Below are positions 26,701 through 41,200 of a DNA stretch of 64,000 bases, in pieces. Position 1 is the first letter of the stretch, and each line of letters begins with the position of its first letter. The position numbers were made by a program, and so were the translations under genes. The DNA comes from Eledone cirrhosa (taxonomy: Eukaryota). The notes below the pieces were generated by a model. It was not told where the DNA came from. It made no database searches and saw only the letters and a list, made by a program, of their open reading frames with translations. The DNA lies in assembly GCA_964016885.1 (NCBI GenBank), contig OZ024744.1, positions 47,368,001 to 47,432,000 of the forward strand, in the 5' to 3' direction.

Positions 26701-29200
26701 TGTGTCTTTCACATGTCCACTTTACAGTGTGGGCTGGGTGCTTTTTTCAGTTTCTTTCACATGTCCACTTTACAGTGTGGGCTGGGCGCTTTTTGCAGTG
26801 TCTTTCAAACGTCAACTTTACAGTGTGGGCTGGGTGCTTTTTACTGTGTCTTTCACATGTCCACTTTACAGTGTGGGCTGTGTGCTTGTTGCTGTGTCTT
26901 TCTCCCGTTCACTTTACAGTGTGGGCTGGGTGCTTGTTGCTGTGTCTTTCACATGTCCACTTTACAGTGTGGGCTGGGTGCTTTTTTCAGTGTCTTTCAC
27001 ACGTCCACTTTACAGTGTGGGCTGGGTGCTTGTTGCTGTGTCTTTCTCACGTCCACTTTACAGTGTGGGCTGGGTGCTTTTTGCTGTGTCTTTCACATGT
27101 CCACTTTACAGTGTGGGCTGGGTGCTTTTTTCAGTGTCTTTCACATGTCCACTTTACAGTGTGGGCTGGGTGCTTTTTGCTGTGTCTTTCACATGTCCAC
27201 TTTACAATGTGGGCTGTGTGCTTTTTGCTGTGTCTTTCACATGTCCACTTTACAATGTGGGCTGGGTGCTTTTTGCTGTGTCTTTCACATGTCCACTTTA
27301 CAGTGTGGGCTGGGTGCTTTTTGCTGTGTCTTTCACATGTCCACTTCACAGTGTGGGCTGGGTGCTTTTTGCTGTGTCTTTCACATGTCCACTTTACAGT
27401 GTGGGCTGGGTGCTTTTTGCTGTGTCTTTCACATGTCCACTTTACAGTGTGGGCTGTGTGCTTTTTGCTGTGTCTTTCACATGTCCACTTTACAGTGTGG
27501 GCTGGGTGCTTTTTGCTGTGTCTTTCACATGTCCACTTTACAATGTGGGCTGGGTGCTTTTTGCTGTGTCTTTCACATGTCCACTTTACAATGTGGGCTG
27601 GGTGCTTTTTGCTGTGTCTTTCACATGTCCACTTTACAGTGTGGGCTGGGTGCTTTTTGCTGTGTCTTTCACATGTCCACTTCACAGTGTGGGCTGGGTA
27701 CTTTTTGCTGTGTCTTTCACACGTCCACTTTACAGTTCGGGCTGGGTGCTTTTTGCTGTGTCTTTCACATGTCCACTTTACAGTGTGGGCTGGGTGCTTT
27801 TTGCTGTGTCTTTCACATGTCCACTTTACAGTGTGGGCTGGGTGCTTTTTGCTGTGTCTTTCACATGTCCACTTTACAGTGTGGGCTGGGTGCTTTTCGC
27901 TGTGTCTTTCACATGTCCACTTTACAATGTGGGCTGGGTGCTTTTTGCTGTGTCTTTCACATGTCCACTCTATAGTGTGGGCTGGGTGCTTTTTGCAGTG
28001 TCTTTCACACGTCCACTTTACAGTGTGGGCTGGGTGCTTATTGCTGTGTCTTTCACATGTCCACTTTACAATGTGGGCTGGGTGCTTTTTGCTGTGTCTT
28101 TCACATGTCCACTTTACAGTGTGGGGTGTGTGCTTCTTGCAGTGTCTTTCACACGTCCACTTTACAGTGTGGGCTGGGTGCTTTTTGCTGTGTCTTTCAC
28201 ATGTCCACTTTACAGTGTGGGCTGGGTGCTTTTTGCTGTGTCTTTCACATATCCACTTTACAGTGTGGGCTGGGTGCTTTTTGCTGAGTCTTTCACACGT
28301 CCACTTTACAGTGTGGGCTGGGTGCTTTTTGCTGTGTCTTTCACACGTCCACTTTACAGTGTGGGCTGGGTGCTTTTTGCTGTGTCTTTCACATGTCCAC
28401 TTTACAATGTGGGCTGGGTGCTTTTTGCTGTGTCTTTCACATGTCCACTTTACAGTGTGGGCTGGATGCTTCTTGCAGTGTCTTTCACACGTCCACTTTA
28501 CAGTGTGGGCTGGGTGCTTTTTGCTGTGTCTTTCACATGTCCACTTTATAGTGTGGGCTGGGTGCTTTTTGCAGTGTCTTTCACACGTCCACTTTACAGT
28601 GTGGGCTGGGTGCTTTTTGCTGTGTCTTTCACATGTCCACTTTACAATGTGGGCTGGGTGCTTTTTGCTGTGTCTTTCACATGTCCACTTTACAATGTGG
28701 GCTGTGTGCTTCTTGCAGTGTCTTTCACACGTCCACTTTACAGTGTGGGCTGGGTGCTTTTTGCTGTGTCTTTCACATGTCCACTTTACAGTGTGGGCTG
28801 GGTGCTTTTTGCTGTGTCTTTCACATGTCCACTTTACAGTGTGGGCTGGGTGCTTTTTGCTGTGTCTTTCACATGTCCATTTTACAATGTGAGCTGGGTG
28901 CTTTTTGCTGTGTCTTTCACATGTCCACTTTACAGTGTGGGCTGGGTGCTTGTTGCTGTGTCTTTCTCACGTCCACTTTACAGTGTGGGCTGGGTGCTTT
29001 TTGCTGTGTCTTTCACATGTCCACTTTACAGTGCGGGCTAGGTGCTTTTTTCAGTGTCTTTCACACGTCCACTTTACATTGTGGGCTGGGTGCTTGTTGC
29101 TGTGTCTTTCTCACGTCCACTTTACAGTGTGGGCTGGGTGCTTTTTGCTGTGTCTTTCACATGTCCACTTTACAGTGTGGGCTGGGTGCTTTTTTCAGTG
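14700..29200. repeat. Higher-order repeat domain B: recurring variant cassette at irregular spacing
   Basis: A cassette marked by CACGTTAC..GGACT, AGTGAGGG, CACTTTTC, GGCTAGG, CAGTTTC and CTCCCGTTC recurs. Its TGA(GGG) marker ends at 15641, 18858, 21786, 24522 and 26346 (spacings 3217, 2928, 2736, 1824 bp = 67+1 bp, 61, 57, 38 monomers). Boundaries are approximate. Confidence 0.85.
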
Positions 29201-32200
29201 TCTTTCACATGTCCACTTTACAGTGTGGGCTGGGCGCTTTTTGCTGTGTCTTTTCACATGTCCACTTTACAATGTGGGCTGGGTGCTTTTTGCTGTGTCT
29301 TTCACATGTCCACTTTACAGTGTGGGCTGGGTGCTTTTTGCTGTGTCTTTCACATGTCCACTTCACAGTGTGGGCTGGGTGCTTTTTGCTGTGTCTTTCA
29401 CATGTCCACTTTACAGTGTGGGCTGGTTGCTTTTTGCTGTGTCTTTCACATGTCCACTTTACAGTGTGGGCTGTGTGCTTTTTGCTGTGTCTTTCACATG
29501 TCCACTTTACAGTGTGGGCTGGGTGCTTTTTGCTGTGTCTTTCACATGTCCACTTTACAATGTGGGCTGGGTGCTTTTTGCTGTGTCTTTCACATGTCCA
29601 CTTTACAATGTGGGCTGGGTGCTTTTTGCTGTGTCTTTCACATGTCCACTTTACAGTGTGGGCTGGGTGCTTTTTGCTGTGTCTTTCACATGTCCACTTC
29701 ACAGTGTGGACTGGGTACTTTTTGCTGTGTCTTTCACACGTCCACTTTACAGTTTGGGCTGGGTGCTTTTTGCTGTGTCTTTCACATGTCCACTTTACAG
29801 TGTGGGCTGGGTGCTTTTTGCTGTGTCTTTCACATGTCCACTTTACAGTGTGGGCTGGGTGCTTTTTGCTGTGTCTTTCACATGTCCACTTTACAGTGTG
29901 GGCTGGGTCCTTTTTGCTGTGTCCTTCACATGTCCACTTTACAATGTGGGCTGGGTGCTTTTTGCTGTGTCTTTCACATGTCCACTCTATAGTGTGGGCT
30001 GGGTGCTTTTTGCAGTGTCTTTCACACGTCCACTTTACAGTGTGGGCTGGGTGCTTATTGCTGTGTCTTTCACATGTCCACTTTACAATGTGGGCTGGGT
30101 GCTTTTTGCTGTGTCTTTCACATGTCCACTTTACAGTGTGGGGTGTGTGATTCTTGCAGTGTCTTTCACACGTCCACTTTACAGTGTGGGCTGGGTGCTT
30201 TTTGCTGTGTCTTTCACATGTCCACTTTACAGTGTGGGCTGGGTGCTTTTTGCTGTGTCTTTCACATATCCACTTTACAGTGTGGGCTGGGTGCTTTTTG
30301 CTGAGTCTTTCACACGTCCACTTTACAGTGTGGGCTGGGTGCTTTTTGCTGTGTCTTTCACACGCCCACTTTACAGTGTGGGCTGGGTGCTTTTTGCTGT
30401 GTCTTTCACATGTCCACTTTACAATGTGGGCTGGGTGCTTTTTGCTGTGTCTTTCACATGTCCACTTTACAGTGTGGGCTGGATGCTTCTTGCAGTGTCT
30501 TTCACACGTCCACTTTACAGTGTGGGCTGGGTGCTTTTTGCTGTGTCTTTCACATGTCCACTTTATAGTGTGGGCTGGGTGCTTTTTGCAGTGTCTTTCA
30601 CACGTCCATTTACAGTGTGGGCTGGGTGCTTTTTGCTGTGTCTTTCATATGTCCACTTTACAATGTGGGCCGGGTGCTTTTTGCTGTGTCTTTCACATGT
30701 CCACTTTACAATGTGGGCTGTGTGCTTCTTGCAGTGTCTTTCACACGTCCACTTTACAGTGTGGGCTGGGTGCTTTTTGCTGTGTCTTTCACATGTCCAC
30801 TTTACAGTGTGGGCTGGGTGCTTTTTGCTGTGTCTTTCACATGTCCACTTTACAGTGTGGGCTGGGTGCTTTTTGCTGTGTCTTTCACATGTCCATTTTA
30901 CAATGTGAGCTGGGTGCTTTTTGCTGTGTCTTTCACATGTCCACTTTACAGTGTGGGCTGGGTGCTTGTTGCTGTGTCTTTCTCACGTCCACTTTACAGT
31001 GTGGGCTGGGTGCTTTTTGCTGTGTCTTTCACATGTCCACTTTACAGTGCGGGCTAGGTGCTTTTTTCAGTGTCTTTCACACGTCCACTTTACATTGTGG
31101 GCTGGGTGCTTGTTGCTGTGTCTTTCTCACGTCCACTTTACAGTGTGGGCTGGGTGCTTTTTGTTGTGTCTTTCACATGTCCACTTTACAGTGTGGGCTG
31201 GGTGCTTTTTTCAGTGTCTTTCACATGTCCACTTTACAGTGTGGGCTGGGCGCTTTTTGCAGTGTCTTTCAAACGTCAACTTTACAGTGTGGGCTGGGTG
31301 CTTTTTACTGTGTCTTTCACACGTCCACTTTACAGTGTGGGCTGGGTGCTTTTTGCTGTGTCTTTCACACGTCCACTTTACAGTGTGGGCTGGGTGCTTT
31401 TTGCTGTGTCTTTCACATGTCCACTTTACAATGTGGGCTGGGTGCTTTTTGCTGTGTCTTTCACATGTCCACTTTACAGTGTGGGCTGGGTGCTTTTTGC
31501 TGTGTCTTTCACATGTCCATTTTACAATGTGAGCTGTGTGCTTTTTGCTGTGTCTTTCACATGTCCACTTTACAGTGTGGGCTGGGTGCTTGTTGCTGTG
31601 TCTTTCTCACGTCCACTTTACAGTGTGGGCTGGGTGCTTTTTGCTGTGTCTTTCACATGTCCACTTTACAGTGCGGGCTAGGTGCTTTTTTCAGTGTCTT
31701 TCACACGTCCACTTTACATTGTGGGCTGGGTGCTTGTTGCTGTGTCTTTCTCACGTCCACTTTACAGTGTGGGCTGGGTGCTTTTTGCTGTGTCTTTCAC
31801 ATGTCCACTTTACAGTGTGGGCTGGGTGCTTTTTTCAGTGTCTTTCACATGTCCACTTTACAGTGTGGGCTGGGCGCTTTTTGCTGTGTCTTTTCACATG
31901 TCCACTTTACAATGTGGGCTGGGTGCTTTTTGCTGTGTCTTTCACATGTCCACTTTACAGTGTGGGCTGGGTGCTTTTTGCTGTGTCTTTCACATGTCCA
32001 CTTCACAGTGTGGGCTGGGTGCTTTTTGCTGTGTCTTTCACATGTCCACTTTACAGTGTGGGCTGGTTGCTTTTTGCTGTGTCTTTCACATGTCCACTTT
32101 ACAGTGTGGGCTGTGTGCTTTTTGCTGTGTCTTTCACATGTCCACTTTACAGTGTGGGCTGGGTGCTTTTTGCTGTGTCTTTCACATGTCCACTTTACAA

Positions 32201-35200
32201 TGTGGGCTGGGTGCTTTTTGCTGTGTCTTTCACATGTCCACTTTACAATGTGGGCTGGGTGCTTTTTGCTGTGTCTTTCACATGTCCACTTTACAGTGTG
32301 GGCTGGGTGCTTTTTGCTGTGTCTTTCACATGTCCACTTCACAGTGTGGACTGGGTACTTTTTGCTGTGTCTTTCACACGTCCACTTTACATTGTGGGCT
32401 GGGTGCTTGTTGCTGTGTCTTTCTCACGTCCACTTTACAGTGTGGGCTGGGTGCTTTTTGCTGTGTCTTTCACATGTCCACTTTACAGTGTGGGCTGGGT
32501 GCTTTTTTCAGTGTCTTTCACATGTCCACTTTACAGTGTGGGCTGGGCGCTTTTTGCTGTGTCTTTTCACATGTCCACTTTACAATGTGGGCTGGGTGCT
32601 TTTTGCTGTGTCTTTCACATGTCCACTTTACAGTGTGGGCTGGGTGCTTTTTGCTGTGTCTTTCACATGTCCACTTCACAGTGTGGGCTGGGTGCTTTTT
32701 GCTGTGTCTTTCACATGTCCACTTTACAGTGTGGGCTGGTTGCTTTTTGCTGTGTCTTTCACATGTCCACTTTACAGTGTGGGCTGTGTGCTTTTTGCTG
32801 TGTCTTTCACATGTCCACTTTACAGTGTGGGCTGGGTGCTTTTTGCTGTGTCTTTCACATGTCCACTTTACAATGTGGGCTGGGTGCTTTTTGCTGTGTC
32901 TTTCACATGTCCACTTTACAATGTGGGCTGGGTGCTTTTTGCTGTGTCTTTCACATGTCCACTTTACAGTGTGGGCTGGGTGCTTTTTGCTGTGTCTTTC
33001 ACATGTCCACTTCACAGTGTGGACTGGGTACTTTTTGCTGTGTCTTTCACACGTCCACTTTACAGTTTGGGCTGGGTGCTTTTTGCTGTGTCTTTCACAT
33101 GTCCACTTTACAGTGTGGGCTGGGTGCTTTTTGCTGTGTCTTTCACATGTCCACTTTACAGTGTGGGCTGGGTGCTTTTTGCTGTGTCTTTCACATGTCC
33201 ACTTTACAGTGTGGGCTGGGTCCTTTTTGCTGTGTCTTTCACATGTCCACTTTACAATGTGGGCTGGGTGCTTTTTGCTGTGTCTTTCACATGTCCACTC
33301 TATAGTGTGGGCTGGGTGCTTTTTGCAGTGTCTTTCACACGTCCACTTTACAGTGTGGGCTGGGTGCTTATTGCTGTGTCTTTCACATGTCCACTTTACA
33401 ATGTGGGCTGGGTGCTTTTTGCTGTGTCTTTCACATGTCCACTTTACAGTGTGGGGTGTGTGATTCTTGCAGTGTCTTTCACACGTCCACTTTACAGTGT
33501 GGGCTGGGTGCTTTTTGCTGTGTCTTTCACATGTCCACTTTACAGTGTGGGCTGGGTGCTTTTTGCTGTGTCTTTCACATATCCACTTTACAGTGTGGGC
33601 TGGGTGCTTTTTGCTGAGTCTTTCACACGTCCACTTTACAGTGTTGGCTGGGTGCTTTTTGCTGTGTCTTTCACACGTCCACTTTACAGTGTGGGCTGGG
33701 TGCTTTTTGCTGTGTCTTTCACATGTCCACTTTACAATGTGGGCTGGGTGCTTTTTGCTGTGTCTTTCACATGTCCACTTTACAGTGTGGGCTGGATGCT
33801 TCTTGCAGTGTCTTTCACACGTCCACTTTACAGTGTGGGCTGGGTGCTTTTTGCTGTGTCTTTCACATGTCCACTTTATAGTGTGGGCTGGGTGCTTTTT
33901 GCAGTGTCTTTCACACGTCCACTTTACAGTGTGGGCTGGGTGCTTTTTGCTGTGTCTTTCATATGTCCACTTTACAATGTGGGCCGGGTGCTTTTTGCTG
34001 TGTCTTTCACATGTCCACTTTACAATGTGGGCTGTGTGCTTCTTGCAGTGTCTTTCACACGTCCACTTTACAGTGTGGGCTGGGTGCTTTTTGCTGTGTC
34101 TTTCACATGTCCACTTTACAGTGTGGGCTGGGTGCTTTTTGCTGTGTCTTTCACATGTCCACTTTACAGTGTGGGCTGGGTGCTTTTTGCTGTGTCTTTC
34201 ACATGTCCATTTTACAATGTGAGCTGGGTGCTTTTTGCTGTGTCTTTCACATGTCCACTTTACAGTGTGGGCTGGGTGCTTGTTGCTGTGTCTTTCTCAC
34301 GTCCACTTTACAGTGTGTGCTGGGTGCTTTTTGCTGTGTCTTTCACATGTCCACTTTACAGTGCGGGCTAGGTGCTTTTTTCAGTGTCTTTCACACGTCC
34401 ACTTTACATTGTGGGCTGGGTGCTTGTTGCTGTGTCTTTCTCACGTCCACTTTACAGTGTGGGCTGGGTGCTTTTTGTTGTGTCTTTCACATGTCCACTT
34501 TACAGTGTGGGCTGGGTGCTTTTTTCAGTGTCTTTCACATGTCCACTTTACAGTGTGGGCTGGGCGCTTTTTGCAGTGTCTTTCAAACGTCAACTTTACA
34601 GTGTGGGCTGGGTGCTTTTTACTGTGTCTTTCACACGTCCACTTTACAGTGTGGGCTGGGTGCTTTTTGCTGTGTCTTTCACACGTCCACTTTACAGTGT
34701 GCGCTGGGTGCTTTTTGCTGTGTCTTTCACATGTCCACTTTACAATGTGGGCTGGGTGCTTTTTGCTGTGTCTTTCACATGTCCACTTTACAGTGTGGGC
34801 TGGATGCTTCTTGCAGTGTCTTTCACACGTCCACTTTACAGTGTGGGCTGGGTGCTTTTTGCTGTGTCTTTCACATGTCCACTTTATAGTGTGGGCTGGG
34901 TGCTTTTTGCAGTGTCTTTCACACGTCCACTTTACAGTGTGGGCTGGGTGCTTTTTGCTGTGTCTTTCACATGTCCACTTTACAATGTGGGCTGGGTGCT
35001 TTTTGCTGTGTCTTTCACATGTCCACTTTACAATGTGGGCTGTGTGCTTCTTGCAGTGTCTTTCACACGTCCACTTTACAGTGTGGGCTGGGTGCTTTTT
35101 GCTGTGTCTTTCACATGTCCACTTTACAGTGTGGGCTGTGTGCTTTTTGCTGTGTCTTTCACATGTCCACTTTACAGTGTGGGCTGGGTGCTTTTTGCTG

Positions 35201-38200
35201 TGTCTTTCACATGTCCACTTTACAATGTGGGCTGGGTGCTTTTTGCTGTGTCTTTCACATGTCCACTTTACAATGTGGGCTGGGTGCTTTTTGCTGTGTC
35301 TTTCACATGTCCACTTTACAGTGTGGGCTGGGTGCTTTTTGCTGTGTCTTTCACATGTCCACTTCACAGTGTGGACTGGGTACTTTTTGCTGTGTCTTTC
35401 ACACGTCCACTTTACAGTTTGGGCTGGGTGCTTTTTGCTGTGTCTTTCACATGTCCACTTTACAGTGTGGGCTGGGTGCTTTTTGCTGTGTCTTTCACAT
35501 GTCCACTTTACAGTGTGGGCTGGGTGCTTTTTGCTGTGTCTTTCACATGTCCACTTTACAGTGTGGGCTGGGTCCTTTTTGCTGTGTCTTTCACATGTCC
35601 ACTTTACAATGTGGGCTGGGTGCTTTTTGCTGTGTCTTTCACATGTCCACTCTATAGTGTGGGCTGGGTGCTTTTTGCAGTGTCTTTCACACGTCCACTT
35701 TACAGTGTGGGCTGGGTGCTTATTGCTGTGTCTTTCACATGTCCACTTTACAATGTGGGCTGGGTGCTTTTTGCTGTGTCTTTCACATGTCCACTTTACA
35801 GTGTGGGGTGTGTGATTCTTGCAGTGTCTTTCACACGTCCACTTTACAGTGTGGGCTGGGTGCTTTTTGCTGTGTCTTTCACATGTCCACTTTACAGTGT
35901 GGGCTGGGTGCTTTTTGCTGTGTCTTTCACATATCCACTTTACAGTGTGGGCTGGGTGCTTTTTGCTGAGTCTTTCACACGTCCACTTTACAGTGTGGGC
36001 TGGGTGCTTTTTGCTGTGTCTTTCACACGTCCACTTTACAGTGTGGGCTGGGTGCTTTTTGCTGTGTCTTTCACATGTCCACTTTACAATGTGGGCTGGG
36101 TGCTTTTTGCTGTGTCTTTCACATGTCCACTTTACAGTGTGGGCTGGATGCTTCTTGCAGTGTCTTTCACACGTCCACTTTACAGTGTGGGCTGGGTGCT
36201 TTTTGCTGTGTCTTTCACATGTCCACTTTATAGTGTGGGCTGGGTGCTTTTTGCAGTGTCTTTCACACGTCCACTTTACAGTGTGGGCTGGGTGCTTTTT
36301 GCTGTGTCTTTCATATGTCCACTTTACAATGTGGGCCGGGTGCTTTTTGCTGTGTCTTTCACATGTCCACTTTACAATGTGGGCTGTGTGCTTCTTGCAG
36401 TGTCTTTCACACGTCCACTTTACAGTGTGGGCTGGGTGCTTTTTGCTGTGTCTTTCACATGTCCACTTTACAGTGTGGGCTGGGTGCTTTTTGCTGTGTC
36501 TTTCACATGTCCACTTTACAGTGTGGGCTGGGTGCTTTTTGCTGTGTCTTTCACATGTCCATTTTACAATGTGAGCTGGGTGCTTTTTGCTGTGTCTTTC
36601 ACATGTCCACTTTACAGTGTGGGCTGGGTGCTTGTTGCTGTGTCTTTCTCACGTCCACTTTACAGTGTGTGCTCGGTGCTTTTTGCTGTGTCTTTCACAT
36701 GTCCACTTTACAGTGCGGGCTAGGTGCTTTTTTCAGTGTCTTTCACACGTCCACTTTACATTGTGGGCTGGGTGCTTGTTGCTGTGTCTTTCTCACGTCC
36801 ACTTTACAGTGTGGGCTGGGTGCTTTTTGTTGTGTCTTTCACATGTCCACTTTACAGTGTGGGCTGGGTGCTTTTTTCAGTGTCTTTCACATGTCCACTT
36901 TACAGTGTGGGCTGGGCGCTTTTTGCAGTGTCTTTCAAACGTCAACTTTACAGTGTGGGCTGGGTGCTTTTTACTGTGTCTTTCACACGTCCACTTTACA
37001 GTGTGGGCTGGGTGCTTTTTGCTGTGTCTTTCACACGTCCACTTTACAGTGTGCGCTGGGTGCTTTTTGCTGTGTCTTTCACATGTCCACTTTACAATGT
37101 GGGCTGGGTGCTTTTTGCTGTGTCTTTCACATGTCCACTTTACAGTGTGGGCTGGATGCTTCTTGCAGTGTCTTTCACACGTCCACTTTACAGTGTGGGC
37201 TGGGTGCTTTTTGCTGTGTCTTTCACATGTCCACTTTATAGTGTGGGCTGGGTGCTTTTTGCAGTGTCTTTCACACGTCCACTTTACAGTGTGGGCTGGG
37301 TGCTTTTTGCTGTGTCTTTCACATGTCCACTTTACAATGTGGGCTGGGAGCTTTTTGCTGTGTCTTTCACATGTCCACTTTACAATGTGGGCTGTGTGCT
37401 TCTTGCAGTGTCTTTCACACGTCCACTTTACAGTGTGGGCTGGGTGCTTTTTGCTGTGTCTTTCACATGTCCACTTTACAGTGTGGGCTGGGTGCTTTTT
37501 GCTGTGTCTTTCACATGTCCACTTTACAGTGTGGGCTGGGTGCTTTTTGCTGTGTCTTTCACATGTCCATTTTACAATGTGAGCTGGGTGCTTTTTGCTG
37601 TGTCTTTCACATGTCCACTTTACAGTGTGGGCTGGGTGCTTGTTGCTGTGTCTTTCTCACGTCCACTTTACAGTGTGGGCTGGGTGCTTTTTGCTGTGTC
37701 TTTCACATGTCCACTTTACAGTGCGGGCTAGGTGCTTTTTTCAGTGTCTTTCACACGTCCACTTTACATTGTGGGCTGGGTGCTTGTTGCTGTGTCTTTC
37801 TCACGTCCACTTTACAGTGTGGGCTGGGTGCTTTTTGCTGTGTCTTTCACATGTCCACTTTACAGTGTGGGCTGGGTGCTTTTTTCAGTGTCTTTCACAT
37901 GTCCACTTTACAGTGTGGGCTGGGCGCTTTTTGCAGTGTCTTTCAAACGTCAACTTTACAGTGTGGGCTGGGTGCTTTTTACTGTGTCTTTCACATGTCC
38001 ACTTTACAGTGTGGGCTGTGTGCTTGTTGCTGTGTATTTCTCACGTCCACTTTACAGTGTGGGCTGGGTGCTTTTTGCTGTGTCTTTCACATGTCCACTT
38101 TACAGTGTGGGCTGGGTGCTTTTTTCAGTGTCTTTCACACGTCCACTTTACAGTGTGGGCTGGGTGCTTTTTGTTGTGTCTTTCTCACGTCCACTTTACA

Positions 38201-41200
38201 GTGTGGGCTGGGTGCTTTTTGCTGTGTCTTTCACATGTCCACCTTACAGTGTGGGCTGGGTGCTTTTTGCTGTGTCTTTCACATGTCCACTTTACAGTGT
38301 GGGCTGGGTGCTTTTTGCTGTGTCTTTCACATGTCCACTTCACAGTGTGGGCTGGGTGCTTTTTGCTGTGTCTTTCACATGTCCACTTTACAGTGTGGGC
38401 TGGGTGCTTTTTGCTGTGTCTTTCACATGTCCACTTTACAGTGTGGGCTGGGTGCTTTTTGCTGTGTCTTTCACATGTCCACTTTACAGTGTGGGCTGGG
38501 TGCTTTTTGCTGTGTCTTTCACATGTCCACTTTACAATGTGGGCTGGGTGCTTTTTGCTGTGTCTTTCACATGTCCACTTTACAATGTGGGCTGGGTGCT
38601 TTTTGCTGTGTCTTTCACATGTCCACTTTACAGTGTGGGCTGGGTGCTTTTTGCTGTGTCTTTCACATGTCCACTTTACAGTGTGGGCTGGGTGCTTTTT
38701 GCTGTGTCTTTCACATGTCCACTTTACAGTGTGGGCTGGGTGCTTTTTGCAGTGTCTTTCACACGTCCACTTTACAGTGTGGGCTGGGTGCTTTTTGCTG
38801 TGTCTTTCACATGTCCACTTTACAGTGTGGGCTGTGTGCTTTTTGCAGTGTCTTTCACACGTCAACTTTACAGTGTGGGCTGGGTGCTTTTTGCTGTGTC
38901 TTTCACATGTCCACTTTACAGTGTGGGCTGTGTGCTTTTTGCAGTGTCTTTCACACGTCAACTTTACAGTGTGGGCTGGGTGCTTTTTGCTGTGTCTTTC
39001 ACATGTCTATTTCACAATGTGGGTTGGGTGCTTTTTGCTGTATCTTTCAAATGTCCACTTTACAATGTGGGCTGGGTGCTTTTTGCTGTGTCTTTCACGT
39101 GTCCACTTTACAGTGTGGGCTGGATGCTTCTTGCAGTGTCTTTCACACGTCCACTTTACAGTGTGGGCTGGGTGCTTTTTGCTGTGTCTTTCACATGTCC
39201 ACTTTATAGTGTGGGCTGGGTGCTTTTTGCAGTGTCTTTCACACGTCCACTTTACAGTGTGGGCTGGGTGCTTTTTGCTGTGTCTTTCACATGTCCACTT
39301 TACAATGTGGGCTGGGTGCTTTTTACTGTGTCTTTCAAATGTCCACTTTACAATGTGGGCTGTGTGCTTCTTGCAGTGTCTTTCACACGTCCACTTTACA
39401 GTGTGGGCTGGGTGCTTTTTGCTGTGTCTTTCACATGTCCACTTTACAGTGTGGGCTGGGTGCTTTTTGCTGTGTCTTTCACATGTCCAGTTTACAGTGT
39501 GGGCTGGGTGCTTTTTTGCTGTTTCTTTCACATGTCCATTTTACAATGTGAGCTGGGTGCTTTTTGCTGTGTCTTTCACATGTCCACTTTACAGTGTGGG
39601 CTGGGTGCTTGTTGCTGTGTCTTTCTCACGTCCACTTTACAGTGTGGGCTGGGTGCTTTTTGCTGTGTCTTTCACATGTCCACTTTACAGTGCGGGCTAG
39701 GTGCTTTTTTCAGTGTCTTTCACACGTCCACTTTACATTGTGGGCTGGGTGCTTGTTGCTGTGTCTTTCACACGTCCACTTTACAGTGTGGGCTGGGTGC
39801 TTTTTGCTGTGTCTTTCACATGTCCACTTTACAATGTGGGCTGGGTGCTTTTTGCTGTGTCTTTCACATGTCCACTTTACAGTGTGGGCTGGATGCTTCT
39901 TGCAGTGTCTTTCACACGTCCACTTTACAGTGTGGGCTGGGTGCTTTTTGCTGTGTTTTTCACATGTCCACTTTATAGTGTGGGCTGGGTGCTTTTTGCA
40001 GTGTCTTTCACACGTCCACTTTACAGTGTGGGCTGGGTGCTTTTTGCTGTGTCTTTCACATGTCCACTTTACAATGTGGGCTGGGTGCTTTTTGCTGTGT
40101 CTTTCACATGTCCACTTTACAATGTGGGCTGTGTGCTTCTTGCAGTGTCTTTCACACGTCCACTTTACAGTGTGGGCTGGGTGCTTTTTGCTGTGTCTTT
40201 CACATGTCCACTTTACAGTGTGGGCTGGGTGCTTTTTGCTGTGTCTTTCACATGTCCACTTTACAGTGTGGGCTGGGTGCTTTTTGCTGTGTCTTTCACA
40301 TGTCCATTTTACAATGTGAGCTGGGTGCTTTTTGCTGTGTCTTTCACATGTCCACTTTACAGTGTGGGCTGGGTGCTTGTTGCTGTGTCTTTCTCACGTC
40401 CACTTTACAGTGTGGGCTGGGTGCTTTTTGCTGTGTCTTTCACATGTCCACTTTACATTGTGGGCTGGGTGCTTGTTGCTGTGTCTTTCTCACGTCCACT
40501 TTACAGTGTGGGCTGGGTGCTTTTTGCTGTGTCTTTCACATGTCCACTTTACAGTGTGGGCTGGGTGCTTTTTTCAGTGTCTTTCACATGTCCACTTTAC
40601 AGTGTGGGCTGGGCGCTTTTTGCAGTGTCTTTCTCACGTCCACTTTACAGTGTGGGCTGGGTGCTTTTTGTTGTGTCTTTCACATGTCCACTTTACAGTG
40701 TGGGCTGGGTGCTTTTTTCAGTGTCTTTCACATGTCCACTTTACAGTGTGGGCTGGGCGCTTTTTGCAGTGTCTTTCAAACGTCAACTTTACAGTGTGGG
40801 CTGGGTGCTTTTTACTGTGTCTTTCACACGTCCACTTTACAGTGTGGGCTGGGTGCTTTTTGCTGTGTCTTTCACACGTCCACTTTACAGTGTGCGCTGG
40901 GTGCTTTTTGCTGTGTCTTTCACATGTCCACTTTACAATGTGGGCTGGGTGCTTTTTGCTGTGTCTTTCACATGTCCACTTTACAGTGTGGGCTGGATGC
41001 TTCTTGCAGTGTCTTTCACACGTCCACTTTACAGTGTGGGCTGGGTGCTTTTTGCTGTGTCTTTCACATGTCCACTTTATAGTGTGGGCTGGGTGCTTTT
41101 TGCAGTGTCTTTCACACGTCCACTTTACAGTGTGGGCTGGGTGCTTTTTGCTGTGTCTTTCACATGTCCACTTTACAATGTGGGCTGGGTGCTTTTTGCT

